NCBI GenBank assembly: GCA_965649765.1
Contig: OZ287753.1
Location: forward strand, 70,246,001 to 70,310,000
DNA length: 64,000 bases
Source of the DNA: Bispira polyomma
Taxonomy: Eukaryota
Reading direction: 5' to 3'
A program made the translations under genes and the position numbers. The notes beneath the pieces were generated by a model that saw nothing but the letters and a program-made list of their open reading frames with translations, did no database searches and had not been told where the DNA came from. Position 1 is the first letter of the stretch; the number at the start of each line of letters is the position of its first letter. Shown here piece after piece: positions 13,170 through 27,500 of this stretch.

Positions 13170-13196
13170 AATAAATCCTCATCAAGTTACAATAAA
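13170..13196 (+). terminator. Candidate polyadenylation signals (two AATAAA) of the LDLa gene
   Basis: AATAAA at 13170-13175 and 13191-13196, ~400 nt after the stop, followed by a GT-rich tract. Weak evidence in AT-rich DNA. Confidence 0.35.
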
Positions 13197-15699
13197 ATTA
13201 TCACGCATTATCAAGTTGTCTTGCTGTGTACTTGAAGATTGCTTGAAATAACTTTCAACCCTTTCATTTATTTATTTATTTATTTATTCGTACATGTAAG
13301 TACGTTTAATTTCAAACATTTCTATATACAAACAAACCAAAAATTCAATATTTACATATATGGAAATTATATACAATGTAAATTTACTTGTTTTCTAATT
13401 AGACAGTGTATCAATTTTGTGTTATAACTCACTGTGTGAAAAATTTGTGTACTTTTCATCACTCATAGTTATAAATTGTTTTATAATACTGCATGCAATT
13501 TTATCCAACATCATTATCATCACATAAGGACATAGAAGATACAAGCAAAGGTATTAATTGATCAATATTAATTTTTGACATTTTAAATTTATTACATTTC
13601 ACCATCTCAGCTATATAATTTATGTTATTACTAGCAACTAAGAAGCACCATAATGTTTTGACCTTCGGTTGTCGGCTAGCAGTCAATGGCATTTGTTACT
13701 CCCATAACCTATGTCTGTTGGCAAGCAGTCGACACCCCAAAAATATGATTTCATTTTCATTCAGTTCCTCGAAATTGGAAATTGTTATTACAGCTGAATC
13801 CCCAGTTTACAAAATAATACGTGAGGTCATTATTCTGTGGAGTATGGTTTATGTTTTGTGACTCCTGCTATCTGTAATCTATTACCAAAATATTTTATTC
13901 AGTTCATGACAATAGTTTTCTGTTGGGGTAAAAAGGGTTATTACAAATTGTGAATAGTATCAAGGACAGAAGTCAACAACCAGTGAGTAAGTGACCAAGG
14001 CAGCCGCTTTAAATATGTGTGAGTGACCATATAGGTCAAGGTAAGTGGTGGTGACATATACCTCTAAGATGTGTGATGATGACCTTAAGGGTCAAGTTGA
14101 GTTGTTGTGACCTTGCGTGGTAATGAAGTCAAATTCAGTTTGGGATAAGTTTATTTACAATTTCCTTCATTTTATATACATCTATTCAGACAATTTTTTA
14201 AATAATACATTTTTTTAAATGTCATACATATTAGAACATAATTATAAAATACCCATATATGTATGAGAGGCCATACCCCTGCAGTGTTGATCACATGAAA
14301 TAACAAATATTACTATTACTATCACACTTTCCTGATTCACATGCATCAACATATTTTGTTGTTTGCTAAAAACAAATGATAAGACACTTTATAATCACAG
14401 CATTGTTCAGTTCGAACAATATCATCAACCTAAAATGCTTATGATAAATCTTGCAGCAATCATGCAATGATAGCAAGGTTTTGTTTTGGTAATGGAAGGT
14501 TTATGAAATGTAAGAAGCAATTATATATAAAATAATGTATTATTGCATAAATTTGGGAGAGTGGGAACAAGTTCTTAAGATCAAATATTTACACAATGGA
14601 AGTTTAGTTAATAGAGGATCTACTGTTCTACTTTTTGTATTGTATAACGACAGGCAATTCACTGGTGGAAAATATTAGAACAGGATAGTTCGTCAATATC
14701 TACTGCTGTACAAACTACCAGTCTTATGTAAATTCACTGCCAACGTTAGCACATATGCCCTGGCCGAGATTCAAAACCATAACTACTGGCAGATTAGGTC
14801 TACAGTCAGGGTCAGTCTACTTGTATATCCATTTTTGAAAGCATGGATATAAAATCGTAAATGCATGCATGATAGCCATAAGGTATCCATGCATGTAACT
14901 CTCATTTTGCATGTAACTCTCGGAGTGCTGCTCTACATGCAATGTAATGTAAATGTGTAGGTTTATAGGTTGGCAGTCAGATGTAATTTGGTTTCTACTT
15001 GTCAACCAGTTCCACTCCCAGTACCTTAAGGGAGCATGGTAGCTATACAGCCAAGCACGGAATAAAGACTCACATCTGCCCATTTATACACAAGGCTGAA
15101 CAGGGACAACTTTGTACAAAGTACCTTGCCGAAGGGGACAATTTCTAAGCATGCATGTGCATCAGTAGTAAGAATCATTAGTTGTAATATGTTATGTTGA
15201 CACAAATGTGTTATCTAATTGGAGAAAAAGTAAGGGCTGTGAATAAGGAAAGGAAAGTAAGAAGTTAAAACAAGCAAAGGGCTTATTTGATACTGTTACA
15301 GCAGGACAAACAATTGGTATTAGTAAAATCGTTTAATGCATTTAAACTGTCCATAACTCTTAAAGACAAATGCATTGTGATCCAAAAAAAAAGACTCTTA
15401 ACACAAGTCATGGACAAAACAAAGAAATATTTTCTAAAAGAAGTTGATTACATGTTATAAATTAGCACCATTTGATACGCTCTTACATCCCAAGTAAGTT
15501 CTTACTGCATGACTTTATTGAAATAAAGAAACTGGCACTATTGAAAAATGCAATAATTTACTCTCAAGGTTAAGTGATCAGTCTGAAATTCATCTCTCTG
15601 AGGGTAATCGGAAAAGGAAGCAAAGCGATAAAAGAACAGAATCTCCAAAAGATGAACTAAAAACTTCTGTTACATTTGTAACACATGCAAAATCATATT

Positions 15700-17030
15700 G
15701 CCACATTGACCAACAAAATTCGGGTTTTGCTACTTTTACAGCACCTCCACCAGGGGTACATAATATGGTGAAGGAAAAAGAGGAGATAACAAATCACGAA
15801 ACGAAAAACAGTATTTAAAAGAAGTTTATTATGACACCAAACATCCAGCCTCTTTTAGTGGTCTTGATACATTTTTTTGATTTTCTAAAGGCCAGAGTTC
15901 TGATATATCTTAAGGCCTTCATAGACTACCCACTACATGACACTACACCACAGGGGACGGCACGGCATGACACGACAGTACTGTTCACATCAAATACGAC
16001 ACAACACTACCATATAAAATGCATACTAACAATAGCTTCGAATTTAACAATCAGATGGATACTGTACAATATATGCAGCGACACAGCGTTTCTTCAGACA
16101 TTTCCATTGCCATGTAGTGTAGTGGGAGGTCCATAAAGCCCTTAAAGCTGACATCAAGAAATGGTTAAATAAAGAAAAAAAACTTTTTCATTTTATAGAC
16201 GATTGATCCAAAAATTCCATAGACCTAAAGTTAAGGTACCTACTAATGGCTACATATTAAACTCAGACACTATCAATTTTGGGAAATATGCATCAGAAAA
16301 TACATTGCAGTCATTGCAGATATTGTGTCTCATTACTTATATGCTAGACCATATTGACCAACAAAATTTCTGATTTTGCTATTATTACTGCACCTTCACC
16401 AGGGGTACATAATAAGACACAACAATGTGGTGAAGAAACAAATGAGATAAAAAATAATCACTGGAGAAATAAAGAGAGTTTGAATTAACCAAATAAATCT
16501 CGCTCACTCAACAAAGAGAAGTAGTTAAATGAAGTTTATAATGACACCAAACATCCAGCCCCATTTTAGTCTGGTCTGGATACAATTTACTGATTTGCTA
16601 ATGGTCACAGTCGTAAAATCGCCAAAGGTGACATCAAGAAATGGCTAAATAAACAGACGACTTATTTATTGAAGATGAGTGATCAGGAAATCTTATAGAC
16701 CTAAAGTTATAGTAACAACTAATGGTTACATCTTAGACTCAGACACTATCAATTACCAAAAATATGCATCAGAAAATGCATCATAGTTTTTATAGATATT
16801 TTGTTTCATTACTTATATACTGGAAATTTAAAGACCTTAACAACCAAAAAGATGATACATGCTTTATATGAGGAATTTTAAAAAGCTAAGACAGATGCAA
16901 AGAGTACATAGGACTGCCGATAGCTATATAACGAATAAAGGTGCAACAGATATCATGACGGTAAAGCCAACGATATAGAAAGAGTAATACGCACATTCAC
17001 AATGAAACTTTGGCGATACATGGATTACAA
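15700..17030 (+). mobile_element. Degenerate Polinton/Maverick-type integrase, two tandem copies
   Basis: Manual translation: EVYYDTKHPASFSGLDT...DIKKWLNK (copy 1) and EVYNDTKHPAPF.SGLDTIY...GDIKKWLNKQTTY...RPKVIV...DSDTINYQKYASEN...FIDILFHYLY...LKT (copy 2). This resembles the N-terminus and rve start of Polinton integrases; many stops. Confidence 0.72.
15914..16141. mobile_element. MITE with ~25 bp TIRs flanked by TTAA (Kolobok-like termini), inserted in integrase copy 1
   Basis: TTAA-ggccttcatagactacccactaca...tgtagtgggaggtccataaagccc-TTAA; absent from integrase copy 2. Confidence 0.8.
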
Positions 17031-19264
17031 AAAAATATAACGATGGATAATTGCCTTCAAACTTATAATTGACAGTTATAATATTACATATTACAGAACT
17101 ATCTATAATGGCTAAACATAAAATAAATAGATATTGTCTGCTTGGCAAGGATACCTGGTGAAAGGACTAAATAAAAAGAAGGATGCTTCCACTGCTAACT
17201 AAATATTAAGCAAGAAAAATTCAATTGTCATAACAAAATTATAAACTTTGATTTATTAATTTCAATTTTTGCTGATGTGTGGCAATTGACATATTTGACA
17301 TTTAGAAAATAATAAGGTTTCATAATGTTATTGTACTGCTACAGGCCGAATTTAGATCAACTTCATTGTCTCATTTATCAAGGTCAAACCCGAGCATGTA
17401 TTTACCTGCATGATCCATAGTGAAATCTTACTGTTTGAGATAAATAACCCATCTTGTAATTTTACTAGGTGTTTTCTTCTGATCAAAGAGCCACTTTAAA
17501 GCTATATAATCTGCTATTATCTGGAACTTATTCATTTTTTGGTTCAAAATGTTTTTCCTCAAGTTTTTATGCTAGTTCTACTTCTGATATACCATATTTC
17601 TTCTCTGCATCATAAGATTTAACTATTTCCTTTCCATATTTAATGTGGCTAATGATCACATCAGCTGTTTCTCCACTAACATCAGTATACAGTATGTATC
17701 GGTCATACTGGTGTCAGCTCGGATTAACTAAAGGACTTTTCTAGAGCTTCTTCTCAGACAAATGGAGTGTCCAGCTCGTTAAGGGCTCTTTGTGAGTACT
17801 TTTTTTATAAACCATGTATCAGGTGAAGGCTCCACTGTCTTTGCACTAACTAAATGTCCTAACCACCACTTCTTTGGTTTGAGTTTTAGATTTAACTGAT
17901 CGAAAACTATTGTTGATCTTTTTAGACTCAATTAGATAAGGAAAATCTTCCTGCCATGCATTCTGCGATCTAAAAGAATTTATTGTAACTCATACAGGCT
18001 ATCATGGGTTTGGATTATTGGGCCACCCCTTCATGCCAATATATACTTTGTAAAGCAAGGGAGGAAAATAAGAGGCATTTGAGCTTTGAACGAATAATCC
18101 ACTTGAGCAAGAGAGAGTAATATATGGTTTACGAAGGCTTTTGTTAGAATCTACAAATCTCCCCGATCTACGGAGTGTGTAAAAGCCCAATTTAACCGAC
18201 GCTAGGTTAACCTTGGCTACTGAGGAAGCCAGGACCTTGCATACCTGGTAGGATGTGATGACAACCATTTTGTCGTTGTCTGTGTACTTGAACAATTGTT
18301 GTTTTAGTAATGAAACAGGGCTAATAGGGGAACCCAGGAGGACAGATACTTGCACTACTTGTAGCTGGCCAGATGTTTGCATATTGTTGGTGCATTTTGT
18401 CCAAATGTGAGCCCCTAGAGAACCTAGATGTCAGAAATTGAGCTGCTGTTGTTGGGACGACTTTGGCTTACCTGTAGAAGCGAAAAATCACGATAATATA
18501 ATAGCCCTGCATACGCCTAGCCACCGCGAACCCTGTGGTTAAAGGAACTAATTGTTGTAGTTTCTCAAGGGAGAATACTCCCTTTATGCTAGATGTAGCT
18601 GAAATTTTCCTCGGTAAGCTGTTGAAGTGCGGGGCCTGAATCCTGTGGCTATCCGTGCATTGACACCTCAAAGCAACCCGTTCACCAGTGGGTGACCTAC
18701 AAGGATCTTTAGCCTGCCACTAGGGATAGGACCAAGTGATAGAGGACCGACATTTTAAGTGGTCATTCGAGAGCTATGGACACGTGTGTAGATATTTAAC
18801 TTCAGCTTTATTCATATTGTGGAAGTATTGTGGAAGTATTGTCCCCTTACATGTTGTACTGAAATATCTATATTATATGTAGTCTGCAGTAGCCATAATG
18901 TGTGCGCGCAGGTATCAAGTGAGATATCCCTACATTTAAAGCTAATAATATTTGTTATAATTTTGGAACATTTGTTCCAAACATTGGCCACAACTGCCGT
19001 TACTGTTGTTTTTGCAACGGTGTCCCTTTTTCCATCCTAGCTACATACTGCTGTGAGAGTGGAAGGGGCATTAACTTGTCTCCAAGTATCTATTTCTTTG
19101 GACCCAATTTCTTGTACTTTTAGTACACTAACAGCAATTACTGTAGCACAGGGCCCGTATTCACAAAAGGTCTTAAGTCAAAATTTTGTCTCAAGTCTGA
19201 GACTTTTGTCACAAATCTAAGACAAAAAAAATGGTCAGGCTTAAAAAATACAGATAAGACAAAA

Positions 19265-20822
19265 TTGATTTGGATTGGGAAAAAAAGATATTCTAAAGAC
19301 ATGTAAATATGGACTTAAGTTGGGGAGTAACTGATTTCAACTTGCTGGATCTCTGTGGATTTGAAGAGTATTCCAACACAAAATTTGATAAGTCAATAAA
19401 GATAGTAAAATCTACAATAGAACATTGGTGAAATCGTTTTTTGACACCCAACAGTTGTTAAAACTCTACTATTACCAATTCTGAATCATTTAATCACCTC
19501 AATCACAGTAGTGAAACAAATCATAGATGAAATTAATAGTATTCCATTCAATTTTATTTGGAATGGAAAAATTGATAAAATTAGTAGGAACAATATGTGT
19601 ATGAGCAACCCTTATGGAAGTCTCAACATGATAAATATGTTTAACTCTGTAAACTCTATGAAATTGAGATGGATTTAGTGAATCAAGTATTGTCGACAAT
19701 GTGTATAATTAAAAAACTACCATCAAAAGGGGGAGAATGGAGTTTTGCCATTGCAAAAAAGTTGAACAGCCAGTTTTGAAAACAAATTTTTCATGAATGA
19801 GGAAACTTTTGTTCCTTACTAAAAGTTAAAGACAATTTTGATATTTTAGAAACTCCACTTTGGTACAACGAACAATTTTCTGAAAACCACATATGTTTTC
19901 CTGAATGGAAAAACAAGGGAATATCTATAGTAGGGGACTTAGTAAATGAACATGGAGATATAAGAACAGTTAATGAAATTGAACAATTATATGATATAAA
20001 GATAAATATTTTAAACTTTTATAGAATTAGAATGGCTATGAAAGAGTATATAAAAATACATAAACAAGGAGATACATTTATTCTCATGAGAGCATTTCGT
20101 CCATTTCATATTAAAAGTTTGTATCAATCTGGAAAAGGAAGTAAGAAAATTTGCGAAATACTAAAAAAATTATATCTGTTCAGATCCCAAAGTGTAACAG
20201 TAAATGATAATATGCTGAAATGGTTTCAATATAGAAGTATATATAATATCCTTGGTACTAGGGAATATCTCCATAAGATTAAAGTATCAAACAATGATAT
20301 GTGTAATCTGTGTGAAAAAAGGTACAGAAACTGTCTGCCATCTGTTTGTACAGTGTGAAAAAAAACGCACAATGTTTATGAAATACTTTAGGTGTATTAA
20401 TTAAAGACCATCTAAATATAACTATAATTTTCAGTGAGGAAATATTTGGATATACTAACATGGACGATTATTTCTGTCCACTAAATTTCCTACTGTTATT
20501 AACACAAAGATTTATTTTTGAATGTTCTAATAAAAACTACCAACTAAATTTTAAAAGGCTACAGAAAGATTTCCATAGAGTAATTTTGGAGGAAGAACTA
20601 TTAAGCAAATATAATATGCAAAACCAAAATTTTAACAAATAAGGGATAATTGGAAATCATTGATAAATTCTGAGTATCTTTATTAATGGGAAGAAGCTGA
20701 ACAAAAAATAGGAAATATTTTATCTGTCTGTATTATCATAATCTCTATTTATACATATATCAATAATGTATATATTGTATTCTATTTATTGATGTATATA
20801 GAAAGAAACAATAAAGTCTATT
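19265..20822 (+). mobile_element. Tx1/L1-like LINE, 5'-truncated ORF2 C-terminus
   Basis: KWFQYRSIYNILGTREYLHKIKVSNNDMCNLC...ETVCHLFVQC zinc-knuckle region; AATAAA at ~20810 followed by a microsatellite. Confidence 0.8.
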
Positions 20823-20824
20823 AA

Positions 20825-20913
<89 letters not shown>
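20825..20913. repeat. (CA)n(TA)n microsatellite
   Basis: Read directly. Confidence 0.97.
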
Positions 20914-20914
<1 letters not shown>

Positions 20915-21129
20915 TACCCTGTAATGGGTTAGCTGTAGCTGTATCCCATATACTAAGATTGATTGTTTTCTACGGAAGTACTAGTAATACTGTGGGTAGG
21001 GTTCCTTGAAGCTCGCTGAGCAGTCCCATCCCCCATTATCACGGCTCTTTGATGAGCCTTTCTTCACCTTTCTGTGGCATTTGTTCTCAGGGTGATTGTT
21101 ATTCTTGTGGACAGTTCTGTAACAATGCC

Positions 21130-21733
21130 CACAAGAATGTTTGATCATTTTTTACCCCCTTCAAAATGATCTCTCACGAACTTGCAAACGCCTTGGCAAA
21201 AATTTTGGACGAAGAGTTACTTTACTTTGTTGTGAATGTTCTTTATGTCCTGGACACACCTTTCCGTTCCAGGGCTACGTTTGTGTCACGTTTTGAAACG
21301 TAGTAAGATGTGAGAACCCGTTGTGTGCTTGTCTTGTTACATTTTGCGACGGATGATATCGTCCCAGAAACGTGTGCTTTTATGACTCTGCATAGATTGT
21401 TTAAAACTGTTTGAAACAATTGAGGCAAAGATCTCTGTCTCTCCAAATCCTAGAGAAAGTAACAGTAAGCAGCACAACGTAGCAGTAAGCAGCTGTTCCT
21501 AGTAGTATGTAGTGATAAAATGACTGTTTTTGTTTATCTGTGCAGATTCGTCATCAAAACCTCACAGAAACATCATAATACGTCACAGGAACGTCATAAA
21601 ACGTCACAAACATCAGTAGCAGTTATGTATCGAAACGTCCCAACCTCAAGGAAATGACGTCACTGACACGGATCTACTACGTTTTCAGCAGCCACGTTTC
21701 GGGACAATAACACATGTAGGTGTGACCAGGCCA
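21130..21733. mobile_element. Partial non-autonomous DNA transposon related to 48652-49651 (Harbinger-like terminus)
   Basis: Ends acatgtaggtgtgaccaggcc like 49631-49651; shares aacgtagcagtaag and ggaaatgacgtcact. Left boundary uncertain. Confidence 0.55.
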
Positions 21734-23132
21734 TTAGTAGGGCAATTATAATTACCCATACTAGTCACTTTCAATGTTCTCTGAGTAAAACGTTGACGGA
21801 TCCGGTCAATTTTCCCCAATGTCTTCCCAGGTTACGTTACCCACCACCCGCTTGTGCTAAGATATTAATACATAGGACATCATAAGGCCTTCCTCAAGGC
21901 CTTCCTCCTATAAGAGGATGACACTTAGAACCAAAGACAGTGAAGTTGTTGGAGACGAGAGTGTGTACAAAAAAAGCTTATAAACACATAAAAAATAATT
22001 AAATGGTTAAATGGCATCTAGACCATGTCGGATTGTTGTGCAATAACAGGGTGTTTGTCTATTGAAATATTTATGGGTGCATTATGAATGAAAAACTTTA
22101 TATTAAGGCCTCCAGCAAAAATGTATAAGGGTGTTTTTTATCTATAAAAAATATGAATGATGAATTCAGATAGTGAAAATTAATTTCCAGTTTAAATGTT
22201 TAACTAAAATGTGGACGATAGTAAAAATTATATTGCAGTAAATTTGTCAAAAAGTTGCAAATTTGTGAAATTTTCTTCCAGATACAATTTCCATTAATAC
22301 AAGACTATTTCTACTTTCCACACGTCTTCACAGACGTCATTAATAACCTAGTGTTGTGCATTTCTTTTCCTCAGGTCATAGGTTGACACTCTTAAAAAGT
22401 CTGCATATCAATTATAAACATCCGAAGATGTTATACATGAAACGATCACCTTATAATATGTACTAAGTCTAATTGAAGTTTGTAGTTGAAATAATGTTTC
22501 AGTTATATGAAATGTAGTTGTGTGGACATTTGGTGTGTGTATTACTTATAGTCCAATTTTTATCAAGATTATGATTACATAATCACAATCTTGATTACCC
22601 TATGGAAAACAAATCAAAGCCACAGACAGCACTATCTACCATCTCCTTATATCATTTTCACTTCATTTTTCGTACTTAAGATTGTTTCGCACTAAGAACG
22701 ACGACCATTATGTAATATATCTATTTCTTGTTTTATTTGTTTGTTAAATAAGTTTTGTACTTTGGTCTACTAATTACTGCATTTTTCGTTATGTGTTTTA
22801 TTGGTAGAAAACAAATGTGTCAAAAGATATATATACGTGTAAAGACTATAACTTTCGACACTATCTAAAATTTGCCACCTAGAAAATTTTTTGTTTTGGG
22901 TATAATTGTGTTTGATAACTGCTGAAATTAACATTTTTATGACTATTTTGCATTCCTTACCAGTTATTTTTCGTTAGTTTTCATTTATTTGGCTTAAATG
23001 CTATGGGTGGTGAATTTCAGATACAGGTGCAAATTTTAGATTCCTCACTGTACTGTTGTGAATTTAACAGTGGTTCACACACAAAAAGTGGCAGATTTAA
23101 TTGATGTAGCTTCAGTGAGAATATAGACTTAA

Positions 23133-24500
23133 GGCTTTAGTAACGTAAACACAAAAAAACGATCGCCGCTAAACCACGTTATGTGTGTTTGAGCTTCTCA
23201 GAAACTGCACAACTTTTTTGGGGTGGCCTTGAACTCGATTTATGGATAACATATTTACATTTGCATGAGTAGGAATAATAAAGAATGACATATATTTTAA
23301 TTAGATACTAATTGATATATTTTACGTGTTATTTTAATAGGTATTTTGAGACATACAATGCATCAGTGCCCTACCCTAGTAAACTTGTAGATGTGGTGTA
23401 ACACAGGAAAATAACAAGACAGGTAGGTTTTGGGGATATTAGCTTAATTTTACTATGTTATCACTAATAATTATTTACATACTGTGTAAGAAGGGGCCAC
23501 CTTAGCCCCAAGAGTTTAGGAGAAGTTAAGAGTTTAAGGTGACCTTAACCTGAGGACAACAGGCCAAAGTGACCAAAGGGATTTTTAAAATTTAAGGGTA
23601 GCCCTAGCTTGAAAGTTAGGGCTACCTAAGATTGAGTTTAAGTTTAAGATTAAGGGTAGCCCTAACTTGGAAGTTAGGGTTACCAAAGATTAAAATTTTA
23701 AGGTTAAATTTAGGGGTAACCCTAACTTGAAGTTAGGGTAACCTTAGAATGAGTTTAAGTTTAAGAAAAATGGTAACCTTAGATTTTATTTGAGATTGCC
23801 AAAAGAGATTTAGTAAAGATGTAAAATGATTAAATTAACATACAATGCATATAGCAGTGTGAAAAAAAAAGTAACTAAAATGGGTAATATTTTCAAAGTA
23901 CATGCTTTACAAACGTGACACAATTCACATACCAAGAAAGAATCAATACTGAAGTATTGTGTATGACTAGCAAAAGGAAAACATCAGCATTATTTTGAAT
24001 GAATTCGTTTTTCAATAAAATCACAAAAAACAGGGATAATTTTAGAAAAACATTAAAGTTACACTCTTTTAAACAAAAAGATGTTTGTATTCTTCATTTT
24101 TATAAAATAAGGAAACATATTGAAAAATGTAAATCATTGAAAATAATATACATGTTCTCTAAAGTCGTTTAGACTATATAATGTCTGCATATGTGTAGGA
24201 TCAATACTCGTATTGTGTCACAACAGACGGGGCTCTCTGCGAGAATTGTTCACAAATATGACGTTCTACCATAGATTTCAAATTATGTGACGTCACAATA
24301 CAAGATTCGTTATACTATTCTTTTAGTAATTTTTCAATAAAATATTGAAGTATTAAAGTATTTCTACATATAAAAATGGTTAATATTGCTATTAAACTAT
24401 CATTTTAAGTCAGGCAAATTGAGTATATAGGCTAAAATAAAATTTAGTAAACGCAGCATAATATCTCGGCAGCGCATTTATGGTTTACGTTACTAACACC
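23133..24500. mobile_element. Non-autonomous DNA transposon with TIRs and TTAA TSD (Kolobok-like)
   Basis: TTAA-ggctttagtaacgtaaac...gtttacgttactaacacc-TTAA. Confidence 0.75.
23597..23743. repeat. Tandem array of three ~30 bp palindromes at 58-60 bp spacing
   Basis: ggtagccctagctt-ga-aagttagggctacc; ggtagccctaactt-gg-aagttagggttacc; ggtaaccctaactt-g-aagttagggtaacc. Confidence 0.9.
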
Positions 24501-27500
24501 TTAAAGGGGTGAATAGACCTTGCCGATTTTGCTTCTGAATCCATCATCCTACGTCCGTTTCCATCACTCGATGTCCGAATTTGCAGTTACACTACATCCG
24601 AATTGTTTTTCCAATTGTTTTTACCTGTGTTTATTAGTCAATAAACATCCTCATTGAAATGACTTAACATGGAACTGAAACATCTTCAATATAAAGCAAC
24701 AACTAGGGCCCATAATTCATCAAAAGTGTTGACCTTAAACTCATGCTTAGACTTAAATGGCACATTCATCAATTTTACTTATTAATATGAAGAACTCAGA
24801 CATATGTTACCCTTCATATTAATAGAGCTTTCAATTTAAAAACTTGAAGAAGTGATCAGGTATGAGATGTGTTTGTTGTATACAAAGACACAGCAAGTTA
24901 AAGTTTCAAAATTATTTTTTTAGTTTAAGATCTGTGACAGTTGTAGTAAGTATCCCTAAGAACGTCACTCATTACTGGATACAAGTACACTGTACACATA
25001 CATGATACATGCATGTGTACTGCTGTAGTAATTATACTGTTTATATTAACACAGAACTATAACTCTGTAAAGGCTAAATATACTAAACACACACATATAT
25101 ATATACACACCTAACCATTTGTGAATGTCAAGTAGGAAATGCTTACATAAATATATTATACTTAATTCTACCCACCAAAATAATGTACTAAAAAAGGGAA
25201 CCTTCATCATAGTGATGCTATAAGTGTCCAGTGCATAGATGTTCTAAGGCTTACAACGCATTTGTAGAAGAATCCAAATATATAAACCACCTTGGTGGGT
25301 CATGTTCTAGTGATCATATGTATAATAATGCTACACATGAAGGATTTACAAGTGAAGTGTCTGTCTCAGTCACGTGGTTTATCTGGTGAAGGCGAATTCT
25401 ATGGAGGAAGAGGTGCTTAAACAATTCTTTTCACCCTTTTCTATATATATAAACTCTACTAAAGACACTTTAGCTAGGTTGGTGTAAACAAGGAGAGTAT
25501 CACCCAGTGGGGAAACAACAGTGACTGGATAGCAGATCTTTGGATCCAAAAAGGTGTTGACCTCAGGATTAAACACAACTGATCCAGAGATAAATGATAC
25601 CAGTGTCGGCCTGCAGTAGTAGACAGAAAACTGTGGGTGTTGAAAGGTTTACAAACAAACAAGATAGAGGTCAGTGATATTCAGTGATTTGTCATGGTTG
25701 TGTTTGTTTTTTTTTTGTTACCACTTACGGGGCACTTTAATAGTTGTGTAGGCGGTAGGATTCTCACCCCTGCAGTCATGGGTTTGAATCTCAGTCAGAG
25801 CATGCATATTGGTAAAATTGGCAGTAGATATTCGATCCTGGGTTGTCATGGATCCTGAGATTAATAGTTCAGTACACTAACAGTTGAGCTAAAAGGGAAC
25901 CCTAGAAGCGTGAGTGTTTAAACCACTGATATACACGGATATTACAGTATGCTTGTGTTAAAACCTGAAGTAACATTACAATATGCACGTGGGTATTGGT
26001 AGAAGGGGGTCCAGGATTTTCTTTTACTTTTTGGCACTGTGCCACCTTGGCGGAGGTAGGCACTCAGTAGAAGTGCTTTTCTTGTTTATAGTGGTGTTGA
26101 AAAAGAGATTTTTTAAGCAGCAAATTTAGCTCTATTATTGTACAAAAGGGAATTTATACAGACTCATTAATTCTAAAGTTAATTTTTCTTCTCAGCAAAT
26201 GCAATAAGTAATACCAACACAAAATCCATGCAATTCTGCTAGAAATACAAACATAATAATACATATACATAAATATGTGTATAAAGATGATGTGTATGAA
26301 TTGTCTGAAATGATTGTTTAACCATTTTTACATAGTAAACTTTTTTTCAAGTGCTATTAAATTGTGTTGTCGCAGTCTGATTATTTTTTTCTCTGCAAAC
26401 TGCAAGCTTGTAAATTCCACTAACAGTATTCTTAAACTTTTTGCACGCTGTGCATTTAGTTTCAAATTTACAAGGGAGTACCATTCTTATCACAGAAACG
26501 CTTACAGTACTATATTATAAATACCAAGTCACATTAGGTTAGCCTTTCTAAAACTAAACTTAATTTATAGACATTCAATTGAGTGAGGACATATTTACAT
26601 ATATTTTATATTCCTAGTGTTTTTTTAGCTTTACAAGGCTCATTGTTTCGAAGGATAATAGACAGTTAAGCCTTAGTCGATTATATAAACATGTTGTGAG
26701 AGTCAGATTTAGTTTAGATAACAGAAGGTTCATCAAATAGAAGAGGCATTTCTATCAAATAATAGGAAAACATAACTTTGTTGATAAGATGTTTCGACTG
26801 TAAATCCCCTCTACCGCTGGGAACCGTATCTGTAACTTCCTCTAAGTTTAGGTTCCTTCCCGAGCTTTCTACAGTCGGCCGTGCGAGGCGGAAGTGTTGG
26901 ACGTGTTCAAAACTTCAGCCTTACCAAAGCGGAAAAAGGCGGTAAAATGCCTACACCCATTTCCGGGTAGTACTGAATTCTACTGTAAGTTTTCCATCCT
27001 TGTAATCATGTGTTGCTGCTCGTTTTCAAACTATTTCCCTGTATCTCGGTTTCATTACAGTAACTCTTCCTCCAGTTTCCACCTATTTCCATCTATTTCC
27101 GTCTATTATCATCTATTTCCGTCCATTTCCGTTTCACTGCTGTAAGTCTATCATAGTAGTATTGTCTTGTTCTGTCTTTCAACGTCTGTAAACTTATCTG
27201 GACAAGTTTGCAAGGGTATGTTTTGCACAGATGGAACAGCCGATTAAATGTTTTTAATCTAAGAATTTTGTAAGAAAAATTGTAAGAATAAAATTTTTCA
27301 CATGTGTTGTTTTTCCTAATCTTAGATTATTTTTAAAGAATTAGTACCCGCAAAGTTGCCCAAGTTTAGTACCATTCTTAGGTTTTAGTCTCGCATTTAA
27401 ATGTATTTTGTCACAAAATCTAAGAATAGGAATTAAACACATTTGAAAATTTTTATACTTAGAATTCTTAGTTTAAGAAAAATTATAAGAATGACAGTAA

